IMG/VR virus record: IMGVR_UViG_3300034143_000010
DNA length: 64,000 nt
Source: a virus
Direction: 5' to 3' (one strand)
Positions 54,079 to 62,818 of this stretch are shown here, one piece after another. The translations under genes and the position numbers were made by a program. Each line of letters begins with the position of its first letter. Within the stretch, counting starts at the first letter, position 1. Below the pieces are notes generated by a model, which made no database searches, was not told the origin of the DNA, and saw only the letters and a program-made list of their open reading frames with translations.

Positions 54079-55758
54079 TTATTTGGTAGCCCGCGTGCGG
54101 CTCTTCTTCGATGACCTGGCAGAAGACTTCGCGGCGCTCTTCTTGGTAATGGCCTTCTTCGATGAGCGTGCAGAGCTCTTCTGAGCGGGCTTACGCTTCT
54201 GCGACGCGATTTTCGGCTGGGCATCACCCTTCTTCGTCGGGGCGGAAGCGGGCTTGTTTTTCACGCCAAGCTTTTCCTGAATCTGCTTCATAACAGGCTC
54301 TGGGAAACGCACCTCGCTGACGGCAAGCAGCTCGCGGCTCGCTTCTGAGACCTTGCCGTCGGCCATGACGGAGACCTGCGCCAAGCCCTTCACGCCAGGC
54401 ATGTTGAAAGTAAAGGTGACGGCGACCGGGCGGCCACGGAGAAGTGTCTCGATTGAAGGGCGCGCCGCCGCCTCTGCGTGAGCGCGCTCTTGAGTTGCAG
54501 GCCGGGCCGAGGCGGTAGTTGTCGTGGTAGCTGCCGGCGGGCGGGTGCTAGGCGATGGCGTCTCTGAAGCGGGAGGCGCTTCTTCCGTGGCCTTTTCTTC
54601 GACGTGCGCGACCGCACCGGTCGCGCTTGCGCTTGGAACGTTATCTGCCACCTCAGCCTCTTCGATGATCATCAGCGGCTGGGAAGTCAGCTCATATGAG
54701 CCGCTCTCGCCTCGCCTGATGAGGCCGTCCTGCTCGGCGATGATGATTGGATAACGCTCGCAGCCCAAATCTTCGAGCGCCATCAGCGTGAGAGGGCCGC
54801 GCTCTCGGATAGCCGCGACCACGTCGTCGGAAGTCCAAGGCCGCGCCAAGGGCTGATCCTGTGTAGACGTTACCGGCTTATGGCTGTCGACGATCTCTTT
54901 CGCCGTCGAGTGCGTGATCTGCTCGCCTGCCGCAGCGCGCTCAGCTGCTTCCTCTCGCGCACCTTCAGGAGTTGACGGGGCCGACAGAACATATATGGCT
55001 GACTGACCGAGCTGATCTTCGAGTCCCCGAAAGCGCGGGTTCTCAACAAAGAACCGGGCCGCGCGCATCCACTTCTCGGCGCTCGAAATTGACCCCTGAA
55101 ACTCCGCCTTCAGCCATTCGCCGAACTTCCCGTGCCCGAGATTTTCTTTAATGGTTTGGAGGCGCTCGCCGACTTCGACGATGCTGTTTCTGATTGTGCC
55201 CAAACGCTCTTTGATCTCGCGCGTACAGGTCTGCACCACGTCGCGCGTGTCTTCGTCAAGCGCGGAGTAATCGAAGGAGAAAGTGAGCTGCTCCGGGTCG
55301 GGAGCGACGAGTGCAGCGTCGGGCTCGACTACGAAGTCGTTCCTCTCCGCGTATAGCCGCCGGCTGCACTCGTCAAGGGCCTGCTTGAGCGCCTTCTGGC
55401 CGGTCGGAGTGAAGCGCTCGTCGCGCGCTTCATCTATATAGGGCACGTTATGCAGGTTGTGCTCATCAAGAAAATGCTGAAAGTCTGACGGCGTTTTAAT
55501 CAGTGCGAGCCTGGCGATGAAGGGCATGACGGGAAGTGCGTTCGGTGCGTTCTTTTCCTCATGCTCCACGTCCATCTCGCACGCAGCGGCGACCGCGTGC
55601 AGCTCCCGCTCGCAGAGGGCGGTCTTCATGCCGAAGCGTTCGTTCTCGGCGTAGAATTTGCCGCTCTCTTTGTCGCGGCGAAGTTTCCATCCCTTGACTC
55701 TTAGCTCGGGCGGGATGACGCCCGCGTTAGGTGACGGCGTTGTGACTGCTGAGCTCAT
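54079..55758 (-). CDS. DUF3102 domain protein with PRTRC protein E-like C-terminus
   Basis: IVEVGERLQTIKENLGHGKFGEWLKAEF..SISSAEKWM. First gene of the operon. Confidence 0.75.
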   Translation of the reverse strand: MSSAVTTPSPNAGVIPPELRVKGWKLRRDKESGKFYAENERFGMKTALCERELHAVAAACEMDVEHEEKNAPNALPVMPFIARLALIKTPSDFQHFLDEHNLHNVPYIDEARDERFTPTGQKALKQALDECSRRLYAERNDFVVEPDAALVAPDPEQLTFSFDYSALDEDTRDVVQTCTREIKERLGTIRNSIVEVGERLQTIKENLGHGKFGEWLKAEFQGSISSAEKWMRAARFFVENPRFRGLEDQLGQSAIYVLSAPSTPEGAREEAAERAAAGEQITHSTAKEIVDSHKPVTSTQDQPLARPWTSDDVVAAIRERGPLTLMALEDLGCERYPIIIAEQDGLIRRGESGSYELTSQPLMIIEEAEVADNVPSASATGAVAHVEEKATEEAPPASETPSPSTRPPAATTTTTASARPATQERAHAEAAARPSIETLLRGRPVAVTFTFNMPGVKGLAQVSVMADGKVSEASRELLAVSEVRFPEPVMKQIQEKLGVKNKPASAPTKKGDAQPKIASQKRKPAQKSSARSSKKAITKKSAAKSSARSSKKSRTRATK

Positions 55759-56023
55759 AAAGTGACTCCTCTGAGGCTGGCTCCTCCGCCAGCGTTGAAT
55801 TGCTCATCAGGGTTTGATCGCTGCGCGCTTCACAAAGGGCGCGAGCGAGATTGCGCCTGTAAACAGCCGCGTGATGCTCGCGCCCTTCCTCTACGGCCCG
55901 CTGAATGCCTTCGACATATAGCTCGATGGTCTTGTCGATAAACGATCCCGGCACGTCTATCCTCAGAAGTGAATGCCGACTAAAAAGGAATGTCGTTGTC
56001 GTCTTGGCCGCCCGTGCTATCAC
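55727..56023 (-). CDS. Hypothetical protein
   Basis: 98-aa ORF coupled to neighbours. Start uncertain. Confidence 0.4.
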   Translation of the reverse strand: MIARAAKTTTTFLFSRHSLLRIDVPGSFIDKTIELYVEGIQRAVEEGREHHAAVYRRNLARALCEARSDQTLMSNSTLAEEPASEESLYELSSHNAVT

Positions 56024-56801
56024 CCACCCCCTGTTGCCCGGCTTCGTTAGCGGCGATTAAAGCATCAAGCTTCTGAGAGAGGTGGCCCTTCAATTCGCGC
56101 AAACGGTCAATGTCAAGACCATCAAAGCCCCCCGTCGTCATTAACGTCTCATTGACGTAGGCATTAAGAAGGGCCTTCGACCAGCGCGGCGTGTGCCCGG
56201 CATGATTCATCGCCGCGCATATCTGCTCGACCTCTTCGACGAGTTGCCCGCGCTCTGGACTTGGCTCTGCTGCCGCAGGAGGAGCGGCACTAAGAGAGCG
56301 CTCGTTGACCAGGCGCGCGCCGGGGATGGTCTCAGTCTCGGATTCGTCGAGAAAGCCGAGCCCGCAGATGCTCAAAGTCACGCGCCGCCGCGCCTTTGTT
56401 TCCGCCTTCATCATGGCGTTGCAGAGCGCATCGCCGCTCAGGCCCTTGATGGAGACGGCCCCGATGGATTCGTCCGTGCGGCCATCGTGCGTCGTAGCCC
56501 TGGCCGTCACGATGTATACGTCTTCCGACTTCTCGCGCCCGACGATCTGGACGCTCACGTTATTGATCTTGCGTAACTGGTCGGTGCAGTCCTTGCGCGC
56601 GTAGAGCGTCAGCTTGTTGTTGAGCGTGATGTACTCGAAGGGCCGGGTGAACGGGTTGAGCCCGACCGACTGGCAGACGGCGTTGTAATAGCGCGTTCTG
56701 TCTGCCGGGGTGAGTTTGGAGAGATCGCCGGCGACAATAACTCTTTCCATTATCTCACCGGCTTCACCTGATTTCTGTAACGCCTGACTTGCCTGAACCA
56801 T
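55980..56801 (-). CDS. Single-strand annealing (RecT/Redbeta-like) recombinase
   Basis: GLNPFTRPFEYI.LNNKLTLYA...AMMKAETKARRRVTLSICGLGFLDESE. C-terminus DDNDIPF. Confidence 0.8.
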   Translation of the reverse strand: MVQASQALQKSGEAGEIMERVIVAGDLSKLTPADRTRYYNAVCQSVGLNPFTRPFEYITLNNKLTLYARKDCTDQLRKINNVSVQIVGREKSEDVYIVTARATTHDGRTDESIGAVSIKGLSGDALCNAMMKAETKARRRVTLSICGLGFLDESETETIPGARLVNERSLSAAPPAAAEPSPERGQLVEEVEQICAAMNHAGHTPRWSKALLNAYVNETLMTTGGFDGLDIDRLRELKGHLSQKLDALIAANEAGQQGVGDSTGGQDDNDIPF

Positions 56802-57002
56802 GATGCATCCTCTCTTTCCTTCGATCGGTTATTGGCCGGTTCCTTGAAACTGAAACCATAGCCGGTTAGCTCTTTTGTTTACCCCGCTCACAGTAGAGCC
56901 TCCTGCGAATCTCGCCGGGTTCGGGAGTGATGACGGGCGGAGACCAGAGGCGCATGACGCGCCGGATGACCTTGCCGATTAAGCTTCTGAAGAAGGCGAT
57001 CA

Positions 57003-57254
57003 TCAATCGGCCTCCTCGATTCCGAAAAATCTGACCTCTCTCAAAGGGGCTTTGAGTTCCCTGCGCCTCTGCTTTCGTCGAAGCGCCTTGACGCCGCTTT
57101 CGATCTCGCGAATCCGCTCGTTGACAGCGAGGGTCTCAAGGGCGAGCAGCGCGCGCCTGGCCGCTAATTCGCCGAGCGCCTCTTCCGCAAGCTCAAGCTC
57201 ACGGTCGGATTCATCTGCGTGGACGGGATGGATGTATCGCGCCTCAGCGGCCAC
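57003..57254 (-). CDS. Coiled-coil hypothetical protein
   Basis: RBS ggagg, 83 aa. Confidence 0.55.
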   Translation of the reverse strand: MAAEARYIHPVHADESDRELELAEEALGELAARRALLALETLAVNERIREIESGVKALRRKQRRRELKAPLREVRFFGIEEAD

Positions 57255-57257
57255 TCT

Positions 57258-57560
57258 TCACCTCCCGGAAGCGGCGCTCACGCCGGCTGGCTGTTCAAGT
57301 TTTCTCATCCGCGCAGCTTCTGCACGGGCGGCGCAGGAGTCTTCGAGGCGCGCCCTTTCTCTAAGAAGCAGAGCACGCGAAGCCTTGATAACCTGGCGCT
57401 CTCCGACCTCGTCCTCATGGACGCCCACGGGTTTCTGGCCCGAGCTGCGCGCGAAGCCGCACGTCCGCTGATAAGTTTCCGCGACGAGTGCGATCCGGCG
57501 ACCGCAGCCCCCTTTTTCCAGGCGACAGATGTAATCGGTGTCTCGGATTTGATTGTTCAT
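57258..57560 (-). CDS. Hypothetical protein
   Basis: 100-aa ORF in the early operon. Confidence 0.55.
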   Translation of the reverse strand: MNNQIRDTDYICRLEKGGCGRRIALVAETYQRTCGFARSSGQKPVGVHEDEVGERQVIKASRALLLRERARLEDSCAARAEAARMRKLEQPAGVSAASGR

Positions 57561-57787
57561 GAGACCCTTGCCCCTCTCGCCTTTGTCTGCTTAGCCGCGC
57601 TGCTGCTAATCACGTCGTCCCAGCACTCATCACACATCGCTCGACGGCTCCGCGTGCAGAGAGAGCTATTGGTGTGTTGCCAGGTATGCTTGCGAACCGC
57701 GCAGTAATGAGTGTGCGCGGACGGCGCGCCTGTGCGATTTTTAGTTGAAGATGAAGGCGGGTGTGCTGTAGAATTTAGATCAGTCAC
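57557..57787 (-). CDS. Small Cys/His-rich protein
   Basis: HTHYCAVRKH...CDECW. Confidence 0.45.
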   Translation of the reverse strand: MTDLNSTAHPPSSSTKNRTGAPSAHTHYCAVRKHTWQHTNSSLCTRSRRAMCDECWDDVISSSAAKQTKARGARVS

Positions 57788-57849
57788 GATCGGTTTCCTT
57801 TCTAATTCGGGCCATCCGTTGTTTGCAGCGCCGGATGGCCTTTCGATTT

Positions 57850-58122
57850 TTAAGTCCCGTAAACAAGCTCTAAGGGGCGGCCCTGCTGCTCCTTTGCGTC
57901 CGTGATGAGCAAGCGGATGTGCAACTCAAGCTCGGAGCGCAGAAGGAAGACGCGACGGCGCTTGCCTGCCCCCTGCCGGACTCTTGTCAGATTGGCCGTG
58001 CCCGCTCTGCCCTTGCGGATGGTGCTCTCGTCAAGGCATAGCATCTCAGCCGCCTCTTTGAGGGGGATGAGTTCGTCGAGCGGGGCGAGGCTCTGTTTGT
58101 TTCGTCGTACGAGGCCGCTCAT
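57850..58122 (-). CDS. Excisionase-like HTH protein
   Basis: LIPLKEAAEMLCLDESTIRKG. Confidence 0.75.
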   Translation of the reverse strand: MSGLVRRNKQSLAPLDELIPLKEAAEMLCLDESTIRKGRAGTANLTRVRQGAGKRRRVFLLRSELELHIRLLITDAKEQQGRPLELVYGT

Positions 58123-58829
58123 CTGACGCTCCCTTCTTCGACCATGACGGATGAGCGGGCCAGGCTACGGGAGGAAGCCGAACCCAGCCCGCTCGTTGTG
58201 GCCGCGCCGTGTGCGGCCAAGTCAGATTGTTCAAGCCGCGCAAGCTCTGCGCGCAGGCAGCCTTCAAGAGCATCGAGCGCCGCGCGCGCCTCCGCGATCT
58301 CGGTCAGCGCCGCCCGGATTTCTTCCGCGTCATAGCCGTCGACGGCGCAGGCGACGAGCAGCTCTACCACCTCGGAGCTTTCCTTGACCTGGCGTCGGAG
58401 CGTGGAGCAGATGCCTTCGCCGTCTCGCGCCTCACGCAGGCCGGCTTCGGCGTCCAGCTCATCCACGACCTCGACGAAATGGGAGGCTGCGAGGCGCGCG
58501 TTGCCGGGATTGCCGGGGTTGCTTTGATCTCCCCTGTGGATTTTGCGGATGTATTTTTCCGCGCCGTCGAGGGGGTTGTGTTTTGCGCCTCTGCGCCAGT
58601 CGCGCACGGTCGAATCGAGGACTCCCCAGGCAAGCGCGAACTGCTTGATCAGCCCTTTAGTGATTCCGGCGCGCACGATCTGTGAGGTTGTGAAGGATGG
58701 CATGGTGCGTATTCCCTGAAAGCGCGCCGCCCTCTTCGCCCTTCGTCGCCCCGTGCGCCTGAAGGAAAAGTGAGCGTCGTCTTTCGCTGGCGATGTAGCT
58801 TTCGTATGCTGCCCGGCATGAAGCCTCAT
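58119..58829 (-). CDS. CII-like regulatory protein
   Basis: HTH-like FALAWGVLDSTVRDWRRG and helical RQVKESSEVV...LTEIAEA. The start may be 58703. Confidence 0.5.
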   Translation of the reverse strand: MRLHAGQHTKATSPAKDDAHFSFRRTGRRRAKRAARFQGIRTMPSFTTSQIVRAGITKGLIKQFALAWGVLDSTVRDWRRGAKHNPLDGAEKYIRKIHRGDQSNPGNPGNARLAASHFVEVVDELDAEAGLREARDGEGICSTLRRQVKESSEVVELLVACAVDGYDAEEIRAALTEIAEARAALDALEGCLRAELARLEQSDLAAHGAATTSGLGSASSRSLARSSVMVEEGSVR

Positions 58830-58907
58830 CGTGTTATCCCCTCGCCCTCAAAATTAAGAGGAGCCGACGCGAGCGACTCTCGCCGCCCGTATCGGCTCCC
58901 ACCATCT

Positions 58908-59420
58908 TTAAATCCTGATGCCTCTGACCGTTTCAACCACTTGGCCGCCGACAAAGGCGCGCTTCACTCGCCAGTCCGGGAACTGCTCCACGCTGGCAAC
59001 CCTGCCCCCCAGGGCCGCCAGTGGAGCGTCTGGCGCGGCTTCCCCTCGGGCGCGCGCCGGATTCTGAGGGAGCGGGCCGTCGAGCAGCAGCGCCGTCTCG
59101 ACCTGGCCGTCCAGATCGGCCTCGGCTTCAAGCTGCTCAAGTGCCTCGAAGTAGCGGCGCACGAGTTGTGCGGCTGCTCTATGTTTGCAGGGCATGTGGA
59201 ATTCGTATGCAGCGCACTGGCAGGAGCCATTGGCCGTATAGACGTTGCAGGAGGTGTCGCTCATGATTATGAGCTCATTGTCCCTGTATTCGGTGTAAGG
59301 GTTGCCGTCGAGCATCACGACCGCTTTGTCAATCGCTGCGATCCATCTGGCGTCGCCATTCGTGTTGTGTTTGGCTGTTTCCACGACCATCGCGAAGATT
59401 TCAGGGTTGATGTTCAGCAT
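58908..59420 (-). CDS. SWIM zinc-finger protein ending in GIRI
   Basis: SCQCAAYEFHMPCKHRAA. RBS ggaggg before MLNINPE. Confidence 0.75.
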   Translation of the reverse strand: MLNINPEIFAMVVETAKHNTNGDARWIAAIDKAVVMLDGNPYTEYRDNELIIMSDTSCNVYTANGSCQCAAYEFHMPCKHRAAAQLVRRYFEALEQLEAEADLDGQVETALLLDGPLPQNPARARGEAAPDAPLAALGGRVASVEQFPDWRVKRAFVGGQVVETVRGIRI

Positions 59421-59447
59421 GTGCGTTCCCTCCACTGGAACGCATAT

Positions 59448-59485
59448 TAACATCGAATGTTATGCGTTGTCAACATATCATGTTA
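59448..59485. promoter_or_regulatory. Two AACAT-N3-ATGTT operators over a minus-strand TTGACA-18-TAATAT promoter
   Basis: taacatcgaatgtta and caacatatcatgtta read directly. Confidence 0.75.
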
Positions 59486-59725
59486 AGTTCGGGCAGGAAT
59501 ATTTTGAGTCGCCGCTAATGGTTGATCGTAAAGGAGATCGGTTAGGTTGTGCCCGAGTCGTTGTGCGATACGAGCTAACAAGAGGGGGGAGACGGCGACA
59601 CCTGTTTCAACCCTTGAGATTGTAACTGATGTAACTCCAAGCTCTTCAGCGAGTTGCTGTTGGGTGAGCCCGGCGTCTTTGCGTAGTTTAGCGACCCTCG
59701 CATGGTCGTAGTATTTCGCATCCAT
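59483..59725 (-). CDS. Cro-like XRE HTH protein
   Basis: LRKDAGLTQQQLAEELGVTSVTISRVETG. TTGACA-17-TAGCAT ends 6 nt before the ATG. Confidence 0.88.
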   Translation of the reverse strand: MDAKYYDHARVAKLRKDAGLTQQQLAEELGVTSVTISRVETGVAVSPLLLARIAQRLGHNLTDLLYDQPLAATQNIPART

Positions 59726-59757
59726 GCGCGCATGCTATACGAAGCCCATCGCTGTGT

Positions 59758-59815
59758 CAACATGAAATGTTAAGAATATAGCATTGTAATGTTAATAACA
59801 TCAGATTTAACATCC
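59758..59815. promoter_or_regulatory. CI/Cro divergent control region with AACAT-N3-ATGTT operator
   Basis: caacatgaaatgtta plus two degenerate half-matches. Confidence 0.7.
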
Positions 59816-59821
59816 TGTGTT

Positions 59822-60253
59822 ATGAACGGACGGGGCAATAAATCGCCAACGAAGGTGCTCTGGAAGGAATTTGGAGCATGGATACAGCGCGAGCGCGAAC
59901 TTGCCGGGTTGAAGCAAGATCAGGTTGCCGCGAAGGTTGGTATTCACCCCGTTCAATTATCGCGTATTGAAAATGGAGAGAGCGGCACGAAGCGCGATAC
60001 AGTGATCGCCCTAGCATGTGCAATTGATATCAACGAAGCCGAGGCGTTGCAAAGAGCGGGCTTTGCTTCTCCCACCGAAGCCGCAAAGCCTAACGGCTAT
60101 GATGAATCCGAGTTCGCCCTACTTCACTCAAGGGTCAAAAAATTGACACCCCAACAGAAACGTGACTTCTATATCTTTTGGAATGCCGCTGAAAGATATG
60201 TGGCAGAGAAAGAGCGGGAGAACCAGCAGAATAACGGAAACGACGAGGGATAA
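59822..60253 (+). CDS. CI-like XRE repressor
   Basis: RERELAGLKQDQVAAKVGIHPVQLSRIENGES. No S24 autocleavage domain. Confidence 0.85.
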   Translation: MNGRGNKSPTKVLWKEFGAWIQRERELAGLKQDQVAAKVGIHPVQLSRIENGESGTKRDTVIALACAIDINEAEALQRAGFASPTEAAKPNGYDESEFALLHSRVKKLTPQQKRDFYIFWNAAERYVAEKERENQQNNGNDEG

Positions 60254-60256
60254 GGT

Positions 60257-61054
60257 ATGCGCCTCATCCACTTCATTATATTCACGATATTGCTGGCCGT
60301 GCTCACTTGGCCCATCTCGGCCCAAGAGCGCCGTCGGGCAAGGCTAATCCTGAAAGATCGAACTGTAATCACGGGCACGATCACCCGGATGACATCAAGC
60401 GAAATAGAACTGGTCGAAGATTCGACTGCCAGCACCGCCAAGCTTGTAACGGTTAAGCTGAGCGGTGTCTCTAACATCGAATTTATTGAGGACAAGCCGG
60501 CAGATGATTCGGCCTCCACTCAGCCTTCGAATGCAGCGCCCGCTTTAACAGCGTGCGGCTCTACAGCAGTTCCCACGCCAGAACTGCGAAGCCTGCGTCT
60601 TGGAATGAGTTGGGAAGATTATCGGAAGATTCCTTTTGGAAGAGTGCAATTTGTAAATGAGCCGGACGAACTTGGGGTACGTCAGGAACATATAAGCCGC
60701 GGCATTTCTTTATCATCACAAGAGAATGAAAAACTAAAAGGGCTTGAACTAATCCGACTCACATTTATAGATGATCGCTTGGCGAAGATAGAGCTTAGCT
60801 ATGACGATTCAGTCAAATGGGGCAATGATCTGGAATTCACATCCGCTATTGCTGACTCTTTAAAACTGCCCAGAACAGGATGGCGGGGGCACTTTCCTAC
60901 CGTGCTCAACTGTGAAGCGTTCAAAGTAGAAACGTATAGCTTGGGTAACGGGATCGGCAACAGATTAATAATCACGAAGAACGGCCTAGAACAAGAGATA
61001 GCGCGTCGCCGTCAGCAGTATGAAGAGAAGCAAAAACAGACCTTCAAACCATAG
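60257..61054 (+). CDS. Secreted hypothetical protein
   Basis: Signal peptide MRLIHFIIFTILLAVLTWPISAQ. Confidence 0.7.
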   Translation: MRLIHFIIFTILLAVLTWPISAQERRRARLILKDRTVITGTITRMTSSEIELVEDSTASTAKLVTVKLSGVSNIEFIEDKPADDSASTQPSNAAPALTACGSTAVPTPELRSLRLGMSWEDYRKIPFGRVQFVNEPDELGVRQEHISRGISLSSQENEKLKGLELIRLTFIDDRLAKIELSYDDSVKWGNDLEFTSAIADSLKLPRTGWRGHFPTVLNCEAFKVETYSLGNGIGNRLIITKNGLEQEIARRRQQYEEKQKQTFKP

Positions 61055-61113
61055 GAGCAAGCGCGCAGCGAGAAGTAAAGAGGACGCACAGTTTTAAGCA
61101 AGGAAGCTACCTC

Positions 61114-61539
61114 GTGAATTACATTCCTAAAATATTACTCGCGCTCGGCTGGAATAAGCGTCTGCTCAACTTCTCCGACTTCGAGGCGCTCTGCGAGCAT
61201 CTGGGCATCGCCATCCTGCGAGAGAACACAAAGACGCCGGGGATGTATTTCGTTCGAGACGATAAGCCCTACATAGGCTTGAGCACGAAACTCTCAGGCG
61301 TGCAGCTCTGGTTCACTGCATGGCACGAGATGGCTCACCATCTTCTGCACGCGCCCGGCCTACGCTGCTTCAGTCCAGGCTCGGTCAGTAAGGCGGAGGC
61401 CGAAGCAGAGGCGATAGCCATCTGTGCATTGATAGACGAGAACACTCTTTATCGAATAATCAGATACGGCGAACTGCATGACTTTCCGAGAAAGCTTTTG
61501 ATGAAGAGATTACGGATTCTAGAAAGATACGGATTTTAA
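61114..61539 (+). CDS. ImmA/IrrE family metallopeptidase
   Basis: WFTAWHEMAHHLLH...EAEAEAIA. Confidence 0.85.
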   Translation: MNYIPKILLALGWNKRLLNFSDFEALCEHLGIAILRENTKTPGMYFVRDDKPYIGLSTKLSGVQLWFTAWHEMAHHLLHAPGLRCFSPGSVSKAEAEAEAIAICALIDENTLYRIIRYGELHDFPRKLLMKRLRILERYGF

Positions 61540-61580
61540 TTCCACCGCACAGCCCTCCCGACCGTGCGCTCAATAGTCAA

Positions 61581-61599
61581 AATCGTCAAATTTACGATT
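61581..61599. repeat. Palindromic repeat, copy 6
   Basis: caaaatcgt caaattt acgattttg (perfect 9-bp arms). Confidence 0.9.
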
Positions 61600-61639
61600 T
61601 TGGAATTAACCCAACCTCCCGAGAGAAAGGCCAACTCAT

Positions 61640-61744
61640 ATGGCTACGCTTCCGCGAAAAGTAGAAGAGCGATTAATAGCAGCTCTTAAGCGCTTCCAGC
61701 CGGTTCTCACCTCATTACAGAAAAGGAGCCCTTCAAATGAATAA
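61640..61744 (+). pseudogene. N-terminal fragment resembling HsdR-N domain proteins
   Basis: MATLPRKVEERLIAALKRFQPVL, then ends after 34 codons. Family resemblance is from memory only. Confidence 0.4.
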
Positions 61745-62684
61745 GCGAGTTTCCCTCATCATCCTCCTCGTCACTTCATTCCTGATTCCACAATCAGCAC
61801 AGGCATGGGACGCTGTCGGCCATCAGGTGGTGGCTCGTATCGCCTGGGAAAATATGACTCCCACCGCCAGGCGAAACGTCGTTAACCTTCTCCGCGAGGC
61901 TCCCAGAGACGCCTGCCTCCGAAACCTGTTTCCCAACAACTCACAGCCACTTTCTGTGCGCCAGCGCCAGTTCTTCATGCTGGCATCCACATGGCCTGAC
62001 ATCGTGCGACCCGGGAGAAATGACACACGCCCCTGCACCCGCTTCCACCAAAGGGACTGGCACTTCATCAACTTTTTCTGGAGCGGGGTTTCAGGCGATG
62101 CCCCGCAGGACGTGACCAGCATTCCGACCCCGCTGATCAACGCCGTCGAGCGGCTAGGTGTCTTCCGTTCCTCGGTTAACGGTGGCGGACAGGCTAGTGA
62201 TCGGGCAACTCAACTGGCGTGGATTTTGCACCTCGTCGGAGACATCCATCAACCCCTGCACACCAGCGCACGAGTCACAACGGAAGCCGGCGAAAGCCGG
62301 GGTGATCAGGGCGGCAACCTATTCAAGTTAGGCCCGGGTGAGAATGCATTATCTCTGCATAGCTACTGGGATGGCATCATAGGCCGCTCCATACGCAGGC
62401 GGAGGAATGAGGGGGATTTTGCGTATCTTGACCGCGTCGCCGGAAGGATCATGGCAGATCATCCCCGTGCATCGTTGATCGGGCGACTGCGGCCACTCCA
62501 ATTCGACGCCTGGGCGAGAGAAGGATTCGACACGACGAAGAGGGCGGTTTACCCCTCATCGCTAGAGCGAGGACAAATGCCAAGTGAGAACTATCGAAGG
62601 AACGCTTTTACCATCGCCGACGAAGCGATCGCTATTGGTGGGTATCGGCTCGCGGATATGATGAATCAGCTCTTCGGTTCATGA
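61737..62684 (+). CDS. S1/P1 nuclease
   Basis: Signal peptide, AWDAVGHQVVA, STWPDIVR, WHFIN, HLVGDIHQPLH, LHSYWD. Confidence 0.95.
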   Translation: MNKRVSLIILLVTSFLIPQSAQAWDAVGHQVVARIAWENMTPTARRNVVNLLREAPRDACLRNLFPNNSQPLSVRQRQFFMLASTWPDIVRPGRNDTRPCTRFHQRDWHFINFFWSGVSGDAPQDVTSIPTPLINAVERLGVFRSSVNGGGQASDRATQLAWILHLVGDIHQPLHTSARVTTEAGESRGDQGGNLFKLGPGENALSLHSYWDGIIGRSIRRRRNEGDFAYLDRVAGRIMADHPRASLIGRLRPLQFDAWAREGFDTTKRAVYPSSLERGQMPSENYRRNAFTIADEAIAIGGYRLADMMNQLFGS

Positions 62685-62818
62685 ACAAGATTGTTACACT
62701 AAGCACTTAAAGCTTGAAGTTGTCGAACAGTTGATACTGATGGCGCTGTGTTTGTAGGCACTAGCTATGATCACAGCATCATCGGTTTCGGCCAAGGTAG
62801 AATTTAAAGGAGATCTTA

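Larger units (their letters stand above)
1..61540 (-). mobile_element. Siphovirus-like prophage (left end outside window, right boundary not identifiable)
   Basis: Colinear terminase-portal-scaffold-capsid-neck-tail tube-TAC-tape measure-baseplate genes on the minus strand, plus replication/recombination genes and a divergent CI/Cro pair. No integrase or att core seen. Confidence 0.92.
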
